From NCBI RefSeq assembly GCF_963921235.1, contig NC_086110.1, forward strand, positions 744,001 through 808,000: a stretch of DNA of 64,000 bases. The letters are read 5' to 3'. This DNA comes from Mobula hypostoma. Its lineage: Eukaryota. The position numbers and the translations under genes were made by a program. The notes beneath the pieces were generated by a model. That model searched no databases, was not told the DNA's origin, and saw only the letters and a program-made list of their open reading frames with translations. This document shows positions 62,330 through 64,000 of this stretch, piece after piece (position 1 is the stretch's first letter; each line of letters starts with the position of its first letter).

Positions 62330-63355
62330 TATTGGATTTTACATGCATTTCACGTATACAAATAAACAATAATAATAATTAACTAAACATTGAGAAATGT
62401 CATGGTTTTTTGTTCACAATCATCAAAGAAATAGAATTATAACATTGCACATGCTTCAGATAGATTACAAAGTAAAAACAAAAGAAAAAAAAACGAAGAA
62501 ACACTCAACAACACACAGCTATTTTAAAATGACTGTGCACCTTGATGTCCAAAAAAACACCAATAAAGGTTTCCACATATTTTCAAATTCTCCTGCCCTT
62601 CCTCTAGTTATGTAAGCCAGTCTCTCCAATTCAATACAAGATGTCATCTCCTTCACCCATACATGCACCGAATGTATATCCATTTTTCTCCAAGATAAAG
62701 CTATCATCCTCCTGGCCTGCAGGAGTCCAAAGTCAATTGAAATTGATTGTTTTTTTTTCACTAACTGTAAAGTTCTTTGGATATATACATTGTACACAGA
62801 TTTTACTTGGTGAGTCACCTTTACTCCAACGATCTCAGATGTAGTCTAAGCAACTGTTTTCCAGTATTTTTCTTAAAATTTGGACAGTCCCATACACAGG
62901 AAAACAGAGTATCCTTTTCTTATAACATTTAACACTGTTCTCCGGGAAGTCAGGGGACCAACGTTTCAGTTTGCCCGGGGTAATATTGTATTCATTAATC
63001 ATTTGTATTGCAATAGCTTCACTCTCGTGTTTATTGATTAGTTTTGAGCTTTTAAGCATGTCATTTCCCATTCAGTTTCTTGTATGTCCTCTTGAACCTC
63101 CAGGCTCCATGCCCCAAGCCTGTCAATGGCGGAATCCTTACCATATGACATCAAAGCCGTATAGAATAAAGAAATCTGACTCCTCTATTTTAGGTTTAGA
63201 ACTGTGCGATTTTCAAGATGTGATAGTTAGTGGTGGTTCGGATATTAAATGCTTATATTTTGATAGTATGAAATATTTCAGTTGCAAATATTTTTAAAGT
63301 GTTTTCAGGAATATGGAATGTCTGATACAATTCATCAAATGTAATCAGATTGCAT
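62330..63355 (-). mobile_element. 5'-truncated, degraded L1 ORF2 C-terminus and 3' UTR
   Basis: ARRMIALSWRK..WVKEMTSCIELERLAYITRGRAGEFENMWKP, a different subfamily from the 16556-22371 copy. Confidence 0.7.
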
Positions 63356-63845
63356 AGAACATAGAATTGTACAGCACAGTACAGGCCCTTCGGTCCACAA
63401 TGTTGTGCTTACTCTCAAGCCCTGCCTCCCATATAAGCCCCCACCTTAGATTCCTCCATATACCTGTCCATTTGTCTCTTAAACTTCACTCGTGTATCTG
63501 CCTCCACCACTGACTCAGGCAGTGCATTCCACGCACCAACCACTCTCTGTGTAAAAAACCTTCCTCTAATATCCCCCTTGAACTTCCCACCCCTTACCTT
63601 AAAGCCATGTACTCTTGTATTGATCAGTGGTGCCCTGGGGAAGAGGCGCTGGCTATCCACTCTATCCATTCCTCTTATTATCTTGTACACCTCTATCATG
63701 TCTCCTCTCATCCTCCTTCTCTCCAAAGTGTAAAGCCCTAGCTCCCTTAATCTCTGATCATAATGCATACTTTCTAAACCAGGCAGCATCCTGGTAAATC
63801 TCCTCTGTACCCTTTCCAATGCTTTCACATCTTTCCTATAGTGAG
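63356..63845 (-). mobile_element. CR1 3' end of the same subfamily as 38756-39250
   Basis: ERRRMRGDMIEVYKIIRG..RGRFFTQRVVGAWNALPESVVEAD is nearly identical in the two copies. Confidence 0.9.
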
Positions 63846-64000
63846 GATACCATTCATATAAAGGCCCACTATTTTCTGCACACCTTTGCTTGCCCAGATT
63901 CTGAAACCACCATCTGCTCTTCCTGCCCTGAAGTACGTATTGCCATATATTGGGGAGAAGCGAGTAATGGGATGAGTATCTTTAATATGTTGATGTGCTT

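Overview
Vertebrate genomic DNA, inferred to be from a cartilaginous fish (probably a ray or skate) on the basis of its CR1-dominated repeat content, Penelope elements and an HE1-like V-SINE. Most of the window is nested retroelements: CR1, Rex1/Babar, L1, Penelope, Gypsy LTRs and SINEs. There is a 185-nt assembly gap at 1554-1738. One host gene can be built by hand on the minus strand from six exons: 46611-46557, 46325-46005, 35131-34853, 33652-33542, 33057-33011 and 28800-28633. All introns are GT-AG with matching phases, and the 981-nt frame is open. It encodes a 326-aa type I membrane protein with a signal peptide, a germline-joined VJ-type Ig domain, one C1-set domain, an uncharged TM segment and a tail carrying an ITIM (LMYACV) and an ITSM (TEYAGI). 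This is a non-rearranging, antigen-receptor-like (SIRP/VJ-C1-like) inhibitory receptor. Other notable items are a full-length 5.8-kb L1 with a perfect 16-bp TSD, an internally deleted two-LTR retroelement with a VNTR in its LTRs, a 306-bp TTAA-flanked foldback element built from Penelope termini, and clustered IRF/ETS/RUNX motifs around the receptor gene. Repeat boundaries are by eye and approximate unless a TSD or terminus is given.
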